Origin: a virus
Length of the DNA stretch: 44,406 bases
Virus record (IMG/VR): IMGVR_UViG_3300010389_000002
Direction: 5' to 3' (one strand)
Of this stretch, positions 27,013-37,445 are shown piece after piece; the first letter of the stretch is position 1, and each line of letters starts with the position of its first letter. The translations under genes and the position numbers were made by a program. The notes below the pieces were generated by a model. It searched no databases, was not told where the DNA came from, and saw nothing but the letters and a program-made list of their open reading frames with translations.

Positions 27013-28086
27013 TTATCCGATCATGTCTAGAGGTGGAAGTTGATACTCATCACGTAGCTTCGCTTCTAGCATAGAAATTTCTTTCTCTGCATCTTCATAT
27101 AATTGACGACCATTCATAGTAATGCCGCCAGGAAGTTGTACTCCGTTAAACTTAATCATATTTTGTCCCCACTGCCTTTTGATTAAAGCTGGAACATATT
27201 TCTTCAACCAACTATCATTCCATACCTGTGACCACTGAGACGGATCTAATGCTCTGTAACAATCAATTAGAATCCAATCTCCTACTTTAGGTCTATCAGT
27301 AGCAATATCTAAGAATAATTGATCTTGTTTTTTATTAAATCTATACTGTACTAAGTTTCCAGTATTGATAACCATATCTAAAGTCTCAAACCATTGTTTG
27401 ATCATAAAGAAGTAAGACATATCAAAGTTGGAGAATGTATAACCAGAGTTAAATGAAAATACATCCATTAAGAAAAACTGATTAGAGAATCCCCACATCT
27501 CATTATCAGAAAGACCAGAAGAAACTCCATATACTTTGGAGATACCAATAACGTGGTCTGGAATAGGTAAATAGTTTCCTCTGTTCTGCCATCTAGAATC
27601 ACTTTCAACAGAGTCAATAGTGATAGATCCAGAACCATTTGTTCCAATAGTAAGAACATCACCAACTACATAATCTTCGCCTTGAGAATTAATAATAACT
27701 TCGGTCAGTTGTCCAGCTCCATTGGCAACAATATTAACTGTTAACCCAGAACCAGATCCTGTTGTATTAGTTGTAGCTACATTTTCCTGAGCACCTGTAG
27801 CGTATCCAATTCCCGTAGAAGATACTGTATATGTAACTCCACCTGATGTTCCTGTTGCTGTATCAATATATTCTGATCGGGTAAATCTTTCTACATCATC
27901 TAGTGTAATTTTGTGCTTGAGTAGCATCCTCTCTACGCCATCAAAATGGTATTCTTGATACAACTGAATAGCATCGTCGATTAAATCATCAACTTGACCA
28001 TCGTCAACGTTAATTTCTAATACTGGTGCTCCCAGTTTCCTTAAGCAGTAGTCCGTGAACTCTACACGGGTTGAGGGTTGTGCCAT
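27013..28086 (-). CDS. g13: Neck protein gp13 with internal insertion
   Basis: YCLRKLGAPVLEINVDD, WLKKY..ALIKRQWGQN and GVQLPGG. Confidence 0.94.
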   Translation of the reverse strand: MAQPSTRVEFTDYCLRKLGAPVLEINVDDGQVDDLIDDAIQLYQEYHFDGVERMLLKHKITLDDVERFTRSEYIDTATGTSGGVTYTVSSTGIGYATGAQENVATTNTTGSGSGLTVNIVANGAGQLTEVIINSQGEDYVVGDVLTIGTNGSGSITIDSVESDSRWQNRGNYLPIPDHVIGISKVYGVSSGLSDNEMWGFSNQFFLMDVFSFNSGYTFSNFDMSYFFMIKQWFETLDMVINTGNLVQYRFNKKQDQLFLDIATDRPKVGDWILIDCYRALDPSQWSQVWNDSWLKKYVPALIKRQWGQNMIKFNGVQLPGGITMNGRQLYEDAEKEISMLEAKLRDEYQLPPLDMIG

Positions 28087-28106
28087 CCTTGCAACCTATT
28101 TTTAAG

Positions 28107-28114
28107 TATTTATC
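28107..28114 (-). promoter_or_regulatory. Late promoter upstream of g13
   Basis: GATAAATA overlapping the upstream stop. Confidence 0.65.
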
Positions 28115-28628
28115 AGATGAAGATTGCTTGAGACACTGCTGCCCCACCAACAGGAACCGTATAATCAGCAACCCAATCAATTGCCCCTATCTCAATCCAA
28201 CTTCGATTAGAAGCTCTTCCCGTTCCACCACCAGTTTGTAAAATACGAACCTCAACACCAGCCCCGTCAGCATTTGCCAAATTTCCAGCATTCCAAGTAA
28301 AACTATCAAGTTCGCCTGTTGTTGAAGCTACAGTCAGGTTAGTAGTTGCAACCGGTGTTCCATTTTCTAGTACGGATAAAGCATATTGTGGGTTGTTGGT
28401 TCCAGTTTTACGGATCCATACACGAATAGTTTGAAGACCAGCTCCAGAATTCAATGTACCTGATGGAGTTGGAAAGGTAACAATTAATTCGTTAGTATTT
28501 CCATTGGTTTGAGTATTTGTTAACCAGTTAGCATCAGGTGAAGTTGTTCCTTCATCGATATTAGCCAATGTTCCCGATAAACTTACCTGTGTTGTGATAG
28601 CATCGGGAATTAAAACTTCAGTTGCCAT
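28113..28628 (-). CDS. Cassette A gene 4: beta-sandwich putative tip protein
   Basis: T/N/G-rich. C-terminus resembles that of 38473..39180. Confidence 0.6.
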   Translation of the reverse strand: MATEVLIPDAITTQVSLSGTLANIDEGTTSPDANWLTNTQTNGNTNELIVTFPTPSGTLNSGAGLQTIRVWIRKTGTNNPQYALSVLENGTPVATTNLTVASTTGELDSFTWNAGNLANADGAGVEVRILQTGGGTGRASNRSWIEIGAIDWVADYTVPVGGAAVSQAIFI

Positions 28629-28634
28629 AATTTA

Positions 28635-29930
28635 TCAAGCGGGTACTAAACGAAGTGCTACAGTAGCAAAAGTATGTGATCCAGCATTTGCTGTAACATT
28701 AAATTCTAACACATCACCAGCAGAAATACTAATTGATAATCCTGTTGTTTGTGTGGCGTATTGTCCAGTTGTCATTGATGGCGTTACAATGCTGGTATAA
28801 GTCGGGACAGATGTGAGAGGATATGCACCCGGAGAAATACGAGCTACAGTCACGTTAAATGCACCAGTTGTCTGACCAATCAAAGTCCAAGCAGTGAGAG
28901 TATAGTCAGCATCAACTACAACGTGACCTTTAACACCAGTTGTAACAGAACCACTACCATCACCAATGGCAAAGTTGAGAGTTCTTACATTAGATACAAA
29001 GTCAAGATTGCCTGTGGCATCAATCTTTAGAACTTCATTTTCTGCTCCAATTGATGCCGGGAATGTAAGAGTGTATGCTGTGGTAGTTGGATCAGCAATT
29101 AAACTAACGCCATCGCTATTATCACTATCCATCAAACTTAATGGTTTGTTAGATAATACTCTTACATCTCCAGTGCCATCAGCAGCAAGATCTACATTGC
29201 CATTTGTATTTGTTGCCGTGATAGAGTTGGCATCAATGGTGATGTTATCTACAACTACAGAACCTGAAGTAAATGTTCCAGTTCCAGTTACATTCTCTAC
29301 AGTTAATGTATTAGTGCTATCATTGTATTTGAATGCTGTCTCACCAGTAAATACAGTGGCACTATTGTATTGAACGGAACCATCGGTATCACCACCAGGA
29401 GATTGTGTAGTTCCTGTTGCCGTACCCCAAACCAATGTAGCAGCAGTTGCTGTTGGTGTGGGAGAACTAGCAATCAATAATTGGTCTCCTGCTGAACCAA
29501 TCGTAGATGGTAGGGTATATGTTCTATCAGCACCAATTGAAGCAGGTGCTTGGAAAGCAAGATAGTTTGTACCATCTCCCATTCTTAAATCACCCTGACT
29601 ATCAATCAGTAGATTAGAACCATCAGTGGTAATACCTGATGTTCCACCCAATGAACCAGCATTGTTATACTGAAGTTGTCCTGTGCTACCAGCAGGTGAT
29701 GCTGTAACTGGTTGCCAAGTAGTAGTCCCAGATCCATTGGTTTGTAATACATATCCACTCGTTCCAGCATCAGCTGGTAAAGTGAGAGTGTATGATGTCG
29801 TTACAACATCAGGAGATGCTAGTTGGACATAAGCACTCTCATCTCCATCCTCCAATTTAATTTTGGCACCACTTGTACTAACGCCCCTAACAACAGGATC
29901 TGTTAAAATTTCGCCTCTAGATAATGTCAT
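28635..29930 (-). CDS. Cassette A gene 3: fibre-like structural protein
   Basis: Repeats YTLTLP..G....L and G....QYN. The start at MTLSR is supported by a TAATG overlap. Paralog of 39182..40687. Confidence 0.75.
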   Translation of the reverse strand: MTLSRGEILTDPVVRGVSTSGAKIKLEDGDESAYVQLASPDVVTTSYTLTLPADAGTSGYVLQTNGSGTTTWQPVTASPAGSTGQLQYNNAGSLGGTSGITTDGSNLLIDSQGDLRMGDGTNYLAFQAPASIGADRTYTLPSTIGSAGDQLLIASSPTPTATAATLVWGTATGTTQSPGGDTDGSVQYNSATVFTGETAFKYNDSTNTLTVENVTGTGTFTSGSVVVDNITIDANSITATNTNGNVDLAADGTGDVRVLSNKPLSLMDSDNSDGVSLIADPTTTAYTLTFPASIGAENEVLKIDATGNLDFVSNVRTLNFAIGDGSGSVTTGVKGHVVVDADYTLTAWTLIGQTTGAFNVTVARISPGAYPLTSVPTYTSIVTPSMTTGQYATQTTGLSISISAGDVLEFNVTANAGSHTFATVALRLVPA

Positions 29931-32900
29931 TATGCCTGTGCCTCCGTCCAAGAAAGAACAATATCAAAGTCACCCGCCTGGTTGTTATTATTTACAATGT
30001 AGAGAGCAATTGTTTCTGGACCATCAGGAAATGTTCCTGGTCCAGAAATAATTGAGTTTTGAACTTCTTTTAAACCAGTGAGATCAAATGTCTCAGAACC
30101 AGCTGATGTACCAATAAACTGGAATAGGATTTCTCCATCTATCGGATCATTTGTTGTTCCAACTAAAGTACCACCCTGAGTTGCAACCTGAGCAAATGAT
30201 GGTTGGTAAAGAGATGCTGTGCCAACTGTCTGAACATTAGCATTAACCCAAGTCGCTGCTCCAATATTTGATGGATTAACGATAGCATAAATTTGATATT
30301 CTCTACCAGTAATATTATTAACTTCAATATTTTTGAGTGTAATTTGAGAACGATTTACAACCTCTCTTTCTCCAAATTCTCCTGGTAATGTATTTGAAAC
30401 TGAAGGAGCGGGACGGAATAGAAGTGGGGTAGAACCAGTGTTTCCATTCACCGTTACACCACTCACGGAATAGTTAAATAAGAAACCTAAGTCTTTATCA
30501 AATCCACCATCCATAATTACAGATGAACCCCAGTGTGAAATAGTTGGGGCGAACGTAGTATTCAATAACATAGCAGTAGAACCAGCATCAAAATTGACTG
30601 CTGTAGTTTCTGCTTGGAATGTTCTTGTTTGACCCGCAAGGAACTGACTATAAGATTGTGCTCTAGTAATACCAGTTAAAGTTGGTCTTCCTGGACCAGA
30701 AGTTACTGCTCCACTGGAAACTGAAGTCACATTGATTACAGCAGCAGTTGTTCCACTAGCAGCAGCAACACTCATTGTTACATTACCAGTTGTGTATCCA
30801 GTTCCTCCTGTAAATAATCTGAAGCTAGCAATACCACCAGTATCATTTACTGAAGTAACTTCAATAACAAAACCATTACTATCTGCTGCTTCAACAAATT
30901 CACCAACAACATAATTATCACCTTGAGTTACAATATTTTCTGAACTCTTTCCTGTATATGTGATAACTTCGTGGTGCATTGTAGAAGTACCATTTTCAAG
31001 ACCAGAAAGTAAAACGTATGCTGGATATCCAGGAATTGGTTCTGGAAATCTTCCAGTACGATTTAATATTAGATCGGAAGTTCCTGTTCCAGTATCTACC
31101 AAAATCCTTGCATAAGCAGCACAATTATCAACTTCATAACGAGCTGGTAAGTTTGCTGATCTCAAATATGCTTCATAATTTACGTTATGATTAGCAAAAC
31201 GATGTGCTTTAATAAATGATCCCAATGGACCACGAATTAGGAAGTCAGCAAATCCAGCACCATACCAGGAGAATTGAACGCCCCACATCTGCATTCGTGA
31301 TAAACGAAGGTTATATCCAGAAGGACCGTGCCCATTAATAGTGTCGTAGTTAAAGTTCTTTTGTTGAACTCTTTCGTCAATCGTCTTTAACATTTTAACA
31401 TTAGTTGCTGTTGTCCCTCTATTTTCAGGAGACACAGTTAAAGCAGTATCTGATGTAATACCAGTAATACGATACGACTGACCACGAATAACAACAAGAT
31501 CATTTACCTGTAATTGTTCTGATAAAAATCTTGTATTGGTTCCGGTAACAACTCTAGAACCATTTGAAAGTGAAACCGTTCCGGCAAGTTGGAATGTAGA
31601 GGAACGCTTCACGGCATAAAGTTGCTGCCCGTCATACTCCCAATATAATCCATTCTGGTCGTCAAACATACCAGTACGAATAACAGAACCAGTCCAGTTA
31701 GTTACGGTAATTCTAGGTTGCTCAGCAAGTTCAGCTGTGGCATCAGTGGGAGCAGGGGATAAAGCATCAACAACAAATACTTTATCGGAAGATATTGATT
31801 TGACAGTATATGAACCATAATAATTATCGCTAGCAATACCTTCTAGGAAAATAGTTGATCCAGTTTGTAAACCGTGTGGAAATTCTGTTGTGATAGTAAC
31901 TTCTCCAGTTCCACTACTATAAGTTACTGAAGTTACGTCAAATGTTGGACTAAGTAAAGCACCAGTAGAGAATAAGAAACCTTTACCAGATTGATATCTA
32001 AAATACTGCTTTGTTTGGCGTTTTGCTTCTAGTCCATGAACTGGTAATAGCGGACCCATAAAAACACCACCATCAAATGGACGATGAATAAAGAAGCTAT
32101 CATTACGAGCATAGACCGTAATGTTCCCTAATGTAGGAGTGCCAGTTAATGCCGTTGCTGTATTATTAACTTGATACTGAATAACTGTAGGTGATACAAT
32201 ATTGTTTGCAAAAAATACACCTGCCCAATCTGTATTTCCTCCGGTATCAAATACAGTAATAGGAGAACCAGGAACTAAAGAATGTGCTTCTGAGAATGTA
32301 AGTTGAACAAATCCATTACTTGGATTGTTTAAAGCAATAGCTGATACTGGCAATGCAGCACCAGTATAAACACCACCTTTGTTTACGACAGCATATGATG
32401 TAAGAATAGAACCGGAAGCAATTACTCCTTTTGCTCTATAACTGAATGTACTCAAAGTTGGACTATTATCACTTTCAATAATAAATAGACCATCAGCTAG
32501 ACCATCAGTAGTTCCAGTAACTGAAATTGGAGTACCAGCAGATAATCCAGTTCCAGCAGCAACTGTAATTGTAACTAACGAATATGGAGTTCCACCATCA
32601 GAAGAAATAGCACTAACAGTTAGCGGTGGACCAGCGACTTCATAGAACGAAGGATTTCTACGATTAGAACCAAATATTTGCCATTTAGTATTTTGAATAC
32701 CATACTCAAAGTCAGCGTCAATGAGTGATTGAGGGTTTGACACCCTCATACGTTCAATGGCATCCGTTCCAAAATCCCAAGGACGGATCTTTTCACCAGA
32801 AGTATAGTCATCAATATAAATTGACAACTGATCACTTTGAGACATCTGTGAAGTGTCATAGTCTAGAATATACTTACAAGTACCATCTAGAGCATTAGGA

Positions 32901-33139
32901 AAGTATGGATCTGGATAATCCGGGTCTCCTGGATAGACGTGCGCGTGTTCCCTAGTCCATCCTTTTGCTGGATCAAATTGACTAGCAATAATAACACCAC
33001 GAGTGGCATTTACAATCATTATTACATTTCTAGTCTCTCTGTGACCTGGAATCGTAATACTACCTTTACCCGTGTTGGGTGCTGCTAGTGAGTTATCTAC
33101 TGGAATAAATCTGTATGTTTCTTCTTTAATTTGTGCCAT
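29930..33139 (-). CDS. Cassette A gene 2: large virion structural protein (1069 aa)
   Basis: LIDADFEYG.Q..KW, HRPFDGGV, RQTK.YFRYQSGKG, HWGS.VIMDGGF and W.EAQA. Paralog of 40687..43659. Confidence 0.8.
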   Translation of the reverse strand: MAQIKEETYRFIPVDNSLAAPNTGKGSITIPGHRETRNVIMIVNATRGVIIASQFDPAKGWTREHAHVYPGDPDYPDPYFPNALDGTCKYILDYDTSQMSQSDQLSIYIDDYTSGEKIRPWDFGTDAIERMRVSNPQSLIDADFEYGIQNTKWQIFGSNRRNPSFYEVAGPPLTVSAISSDGGTPYSLVTITVAAGTGLSAGTPISVTGTTDGLADGLFIIESDNSPTLSTFSYRAKGVIASGSILTSYAVVNKGGVYTGAALPVSAIALNNPSNGFVQLTFSEAHSLVPGSPITVFDTGGNTDWAGVFFANNIVSPTVIQYQVNNTATALTGTPTLGNITVYARNDSFFIHRPFDGGVFMGPLLPVHGLEAKRQTKQYFRYQSGKGFLFSTGALLSPTFDVTSVTYSSGTGEVTITTEFPHGLQTGSTIFLEGIASDNYYGSYTVKSISSDKVFVVDALSPAPTDATAELAEQPRITVTNWTGSVIRTGMFDDQNGLYWEYDGQQLYAVKRSSTFQLAGTVSLSNGSRVVTGTNTRFLSEQLQVNDLVVIRGQSYRITGITSDTALTVSPENRGTTATNVKMLKTIDERVQQKNFNYDTINGHGPSGYNLRLSRMQMWGVQFSWYGAGFADFLIRGPLGSFIKAHRFANHNVNYEAYLRSANLPARYEVDNCAAYARILVDTGTGTSDLILNRTGRFPEPIPGYPAYVLLSGLENGTSTMHHEVITYTGKSSENIVTQGDNYVVGEFVEAADSNGFVIEVTSVNDTGGIASFRLFTGGTGYTTGNVTMSVAAASGTTAAVINVTSVSSGAVTSGPGRPTLTGITRAQSYSQFLAGQTRTFQAETTAVNFDAGSTAMLLNTTFAPTISHWGSSVIMDGGFDKDLGFLFNYSVSGVTVNGNTGSTPLLFRPAPSVSNTLPGEFGEREVVNRSQITLKNIEVNNITGREYQIYAIVNPSNIGAATWVNANVQTVGTASLYQPSFAQVATQGGTLVGTTNDPIDGEILFQFIGTSAGSETFDLTGLKEVQNSIISGPGTFPDGPETIALYIVNNNNQAGDFDIVLSWTEAQA

Positions 33140-33150
33140 TATCTAATACC

Positions 33151-33663
33151 TCAAAATACGATTGAATAAGCGATTGCTAGTTCTTCAGTAATACCACCCG
33201 TAGTGGGTGCTGCCGAAGCTCCAAATACAATTCCCCAGAATGTTTGTCCCGTTGCTGGAGCTTCTACAAATGAAATTATAAGTGGATCTGTAGTGGCATC
33301 AGTACCACCAGAAATCGTAAATCCTTTTGTGGCTGATGGTTCCTGAATAATACCACCAACAGAGATTAGCAATCTTGCTGCTGTCGTAATCTCTGTATTA
33401 ACAAAGTTGGTTCCTGAATTGTAAGACAGAGTGAAGTTAGTTGTGGTTCCATTGAATCCACTAGAGATATCATCCAGAATTCTAAACTCTGTAATGCTAT
33501 CACTTAATACTTCTACAATACTTTCTGTTCCACTCTGGTCTTTCTTGAGAAAAATCTTCCCATCAAAAGTATTAATTGCTACCTCGCCTAAATCGAGTTG
33601 AGCAGTTGTGGGTACTGCCCCTTGTGTGGCTGATCTTCTCAGCCGTACTACTGGTGCTGCCAT
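33151..33663 (-). CDS. Cassette A gene 1: adaptor with Mtd-N-like N-terminus
   Basis: RLRRS...VPT...L..GEVAINT.DGKIF, LDDISSGFNG, ISVGGIIQEP and a hydrophobic C-terminus EELAIAYSIVF. Confidence 0.7.
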   Translation of the reverse strand: MAAPVVRLRRSATQGAVPTTAQLDLGEVAINTFDGKIFLKKDQSGTESIVEVLSDSITEFRILDDISSGFNGTTTNFTLSYNSGTNFVNTEITTAARLLISVGGIIQEPSATKGFTISGGTDATTDPLIISFVEAPATGQTFWGIVFGASAAPTTGGITEELAIAYSIVF

Positions 33664-33681
33664 TGATGATACCTATATAGG

Positions 33682-33885
33682 TTAAAATGTACCAGCATCC
33701 TTATCTGTATCTACAGACTTTTTACGGGATGTGGTTTTGGGCGAAGCATTATTTAACGCTTCCGTGAGTGCCCTGTCGTATGCCTTGATCTTTGCTTTCA
33801 TTGCAATGATCTGACTCTGGTATGAATGAAGTTCTTCAGTCATAACCTCTACTAGAAGAGCATAATCTACTTGAACTTCATTCAT
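33682..33885 (-). CDS. Small coiled-coil hypothetical protein
   Basis: 67 aa heptad-like helix. GATAAATA late promoter at 33906-33913. Confidence 0.65.
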   Translation of the reverse strand: MNEVQVDYALLVEVMTEELHSYQSQIIAMKAKIKAYDRALTEALNNASPKTTSRKKSVDTDKDAGTF

Positions 33886-33911
33886 ACCAAAATCTCATAT
33901 AAATCTATTTA

Positions 33912-35297
33912 TCAATATGTGCCAGCGTCAACTGTGATGTTTTGGAGATATCTACCAGCAGTAGCACCATCTGGGGCAGCACCAGCAGCAAGGTAGCTAA
34001 CTACAGCTTCATTAGTTCCAGCAGTATCAGTTACATTGTACTGAAGTGCTAAGAAAGCAATAGGAGTAGGAGCAAGATCCGTACCTGTACCATCACCAGC
34101 AGTAGTACCAGCAACAAATAAATTAGATCCTTCGTCAAATCCAATAAAGACGTTGGGATCATCGCCCCGCTCAATTACAATACCAGAATCGGCGGTTGGG
34201 TTGCCTGTAGTACCGTTTGCTAACTCAAGCAATCTGTCTGAAACTACTGTATTGGTTGTGTTAACTGTAGTAGTTGTTCCAGTAACAGTTAAGTTACCGC
34301 CAATAGTTACTGTAGTTCCATCGTCAGCAATAAGACTATCAGTTAACTGACCGTTGGTGTCATCCCACTTAAGAACTTGGTTAGCGGTGAAGTTGGCAAG
34401 GTTCTTAAGAGCAAGAGCAGAAGTAGTTCCTTCGGCAGCAGTTTGACCACCTGTAAGACCAGAGTCTGTAGCACCAGTAGTTACAGCGGCAACATAGTTA
34501 CCAGTGGTGTCTGTTCCTAGGGTGATTGTTCCTAGAGCACCTTGTAGAGCAACAGTACCAGAAGTATCAGGTAAGGTATAAGTTCTGGTTGTACCAGTTG
34601 TGATGCTAGAACACTCAAACTTAGCAACCTTTGTGGCATCACCATCATCTACAATACTAGTAGTAGAATCTTGTAGAGTTTTGTTAGTTAGTGTCTGAGC
34701 AGTTGATAGGTCAGCAGTTACCGACGTATCAATAGCAACAGAATCAGCAGCAACGCTAATACCATTACCAGCACCTACATTAAATGTAATAGTATCAGCA
34801 GTTCCCTGGTTTGCGGTGAAGCTTCCGCCATCAGTAAGACCATTACCAGCAGATAAAGTGATAGTGGCATCGTTAGCGGCAGCAGTCGTAGACCACTCTA
34901 AGTTACCATCATTATCAGCAGCGGATAATACCTGACCGGTCGTTCCAGCAGCGGGAGGTAATGTAATAGTATAAGATGTAATAGTTCCAGCAGCAGGAAC
35001 ATCAATAGCAACGAAATCAGTACCGGTAGTAGTATCTTCGTTGAGTGTTAGTACAGCAGCAGTAGAAGTTCCTGCTTCGGTTAGCATTGCGTTGGCGGCA
35101 GAAGTTGCCCCTGAGTCAGCAACCAACTTAGAAGTTGTTGCTCCGGAATCACCAACATAAAATTCGGTGATTCCAGCATACTTGCCTTGATCTGTGTTAT
35201 AACGAACAATAGGTTCACCCGCTACTGTATTGGGGACAGCAACTGAAGATGCTACAGAAGTAGTACCTCTTTTAAATCTTAGTGTTGGTGCAGCCAT
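33912..35297 (-). CDS. Tail fibre-like structural protein
   Basis: LRFKRG N-terminus, TLTNKTL, LGTDTTGNYV, GNLTVTGTTTTVN and DSGIVIERG. ACTAAATA at 35330-35337. Confidence 0.75.
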   Translation of the reverse strand: MAAPTLRFKRGTTSVASSVAVPNTVAGEPIVRYNTDQGKYAGITEFYVGDSGATTSKLVADSGATSAANAMLTEAGTSTAAVLTLNEDTTTGTDFVAIDVPAAGTITSYTITLPPAAGTTGQVLSAADNDGNLEWSTTAAANDATITLSAGNGLTDGGSFTANQGTADTITFNVGAGNGISVAADSVAIDTSVTADLSTAQTLTNKTLQDSTTSIVDDGDATKVAKFECSSITTGTTRTYTLPDTSGTVALQGALGTITLGTDTTGNYVAAVTTGATDSGLTGGQTAAEGTTSALALKNLANFTANQVLKWDDTNGQLTDSLIADDGTTVTIGGNLTVTGTTTTVNTTNTVVSDRLLELANGTTGNPTADSGIVIERGDDPNVFIGFDEGSNLFVAGTTAGDGTGTDLAPTPIAFLALQYNVTDTAGTNEAVVSYLAAGAAPDGATAGRYLQNITVDAGTY

Positions 35298-35332
35298 TTA
35301 TTTACCTTAATAGATAATATTTCTATATCTAT

Positions 35333-35617
35333 TTAGTATGTTCCGTAGTCTAAAGTGTCATCAAGTACATCGTCGGATACGTCAGTAACTTGTGAAGCAG
35401 GAATGTATTGATGTAATTGTGTAGCTTCATTCCACACCAGGAGATAATTATTTTGACGATCAATCGTGTTTACATCAGATAAATTTGATATAGAATTTGG
35501 TGAAGCATTTATATCTACTACCCTTTTAATCTCAGTATCTTTTACAGTGACTGATATTCTATACGTGCTCATATCTTTGACCTTTTCTCCAATTAAATCT
35601 AACTGATACTTACTCAT
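35333..35617 (-). CDS. Small structural/adaptor protein
   Basis: NLSDV...LVWN motif and a D.GTY C-terminus shared with 33912..35297. The start may be the internal MSTYR. Confidence 0.6.
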   Translation of the reverse strand: MSKYQLDLIGEKVKDMSTYRISVTVKDTEIKRVVDINASPNSISNLSDVNTIDRQNNYLLVWNEATQLHQYIPASQVTDVSDDVLDDTLDYGTY

Positions 35618-35985
35618 AATACACCAGGACTTACAGTCAAAATACCTTCTAAGTATTTGTCAACATCACCCACTGGGGAAGTGAGATAAACATCGTATAA
35701 ATATCTTCCAGCTTTAAGATCTCCTGTTTTTGGGATATTGTTTACTGTATCTTCTGTAGTGCCACTTAAAGATAAAGTAACCAAACCTTCTGCCGTATTA
35801 CCTACAGGAACCTGAGCGTTAAAAGCATAAGTAGGAGTTACCGATTGATAACTCCTAGAAAACTTTGCCGTTACAGTGTATCCCAGCAAATTTATATAAT
35901 TAGAATTTTCATCTCTAAGATTAAATTCTACAAATAAATCTGCCCCTTGATCTACACTTAGATTAACTGGAATTGCCGTTCTCAT
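35614..35985 (-). CDS. Ig-like (BppU-type) fibre attachment protein
   Basis: NL.VDQGA, GRYLYDV and LEG.LTVSPGV. GATAAATA at 36012-36019. Confidence 0.65.
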   Translation of the reverse strand: MRTAIPVNLSVDQGADLFVEFNLRDENSNYINLLGYTVTAKFSRSYQSVTPTYAFNAQVPVGNTAEGLVTLSLSGTTEDTVNNIPKTGDLKAGRYLYDVYLTSPVGDVDKYLEGILTVSPGVL

Positions 35986-35997
35986 TCTAGACGAGTA

Positions 35998-36183
35998 TTA
36001 TGTCTCAGTATTATTTATCTCTTCTGATTCTGGGGCTTCCAGCATATCTAAAGTTTCAATACCACCTAGAACTTTTAACCTAAACTCTTTTAAGTTAACT
36101 AAGTTCTTTTCTAACTCTTCTAGTTTTTCCTCAACTTTTTTAAGTTGTTCGTTTAGTTTCTGTCTAGCTTCTGATGATTCCAT
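35998..36183 (-). CDS. Small coiled-coil protein (possible fibre assembly chaperone)
   Basis: L/K/E heptads and KVLGGIETLD. Confidence 0.6.
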   Translation of the reverse strand: MESSEARQKLNEQLKKVEEKLEELEKNLVNLKEFRLKVLGGIETLDMLEAPESEEINNTET

Positions 36184-36185
36184 AA

Positions 36186-37445
36186 TTATTCACTCAGCAT
36201 TAATTGTTTAATATTGATAGTCCCGTCTGTGGACTTAATCGATTCAATAACTTCTCTATTTATTAAATCTGGATGTACCCACCAATCTTCATAACTGCTT
36301 TTTCCATCCGAAGATACATCAGCAACTACCAGTTCATAACCATAAGATTTTAGATATCTTCTTGATTTATTTTTAAACGACCTAGTAAAATCAATGTAGT
36401 CATCGTGTTCGTATGTGATAACTCCGAATTTATATTTTTCAAACGGAATAGAAATCAAACATTGGAATGTATTGATTGATGGTTCAATATCTAGTTGAAG
36501 GTAATCAATCTCCGTAGTATCGAAATGAGTATCCAATATTTTTTCGTAGTTAAGCTTTAGGGCATCATCAAACAAAACTAAATTTTTTCTTCTAGATTTA
36601 TGCTCGTTCACATAAATTGGGTTTGATTCAACACCAATACCTTTCCAACCAAATTCTTCTAACAATACAGTGTTACTTCCGAAGTGAGAAGGACCAGATC
36701 CAATTTCGAAATAAGTTCCTTTCTTCTTACCCTCTGTCATGTAGAGAACAAACATGTCTTGAAAGACTTGAGATCTATTCTCTTTAATTTTTTCTGCATC
36801 GGGGAACTTGTATTTTAGATTAACGAAATCTTTTTCTTCGTACTTCACAAAAGCATCACTATCAACAAGAAGACCAATACGATTGATGTCATCTTGTACA
36901 GCTTTTTGATCTTCTTCGTCTAGTTTTTCCCATACTCCCGGAGCACTTAGGTCACGTAAAATTTGTCTAGTCTCGTGGTTTTTATCCCAGAACCATGCTG
37001 TTTTTGATTTTTGATACAAGAGATGTTCTTTACTTTTATATCCAATAAAAGTCATTAACGGTTTACAATCAAAGTCACAGAATTCTAGTGCTAGAGTAAA
37101 CTGAACATGAGCTTCAGCATACTCTTTTCTATTCATATGATGTACGCCGAGAAGATAATACGCTTCTGGTCTCTTTGGTAAAATAATCTGAGCATGTTTT
37201 AGAAAAGCTTTAGATGTAAACTCTCTTCTTTTTTGTGAGGTAAAACAATAGGAAGCCCTACACAAAGATTCATATGCTAACTCATCTTCCTTTGCTCTTT
37301 CAGCACATCTTAAGTAGTTACTAAAAGCAGAAGCTGTATGTCCTCTAGTGTGATATTCATATGCCAAGTCAAAATTATTCATGGCATCTTCTGGATCTTT
37401 TGCAAATTTTAAAAGAACATCTTTAAATTTTTTATCCATGATCAA
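36186..37445 (-). CDS. TPR-repeat plus FkbM-like SAM-dependent methyltransferase fusion
   Basis: N-terminal TPR helices (FDLAYEY, PKRPEAYYLLG). C-terminal FEIGSG...SNT, GIGVE, IDYLQLDIE, ITYEHD and EDWWVHP. Confidence 0.75.
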   Translation of the reverse strand: MIMDKKFKDVLLKFAKDPEDAMNNFDLAYEYHTRGHTASAFSNYLRCAERAKEDELAYESLCRASYCFTSQKRREFTSKAFLKHAQIILPKRPEAYYLLGVHHMNRKEYAEAHVQFTLALEFCDFDCKPLMTFIGYKSKEHLLYQKSKTAWFWDKNHETRQILRDLSAPGVWEKLDEEDQKAVQDDINRIGLLVDSDAFVKYEEKDFVNLKYKFPDAEKIKENRSQVFQDMFVLYMTEGKKKGTYFEIGSGPSHFGSNTVLLEEFGWKGIGVESNPIYVNEHKSRRKNLVLFDDALKLNYEKILDTHFDTTEIDYLQLDIEPSINTFQCLISIPFEKYKFGVITYEHDDYIDFTRSFKNKSRRYLKSYGYELVVADVSSDGKSSYEDWWVHPDLINREVIESIKSTDGTINIKQLMLSE

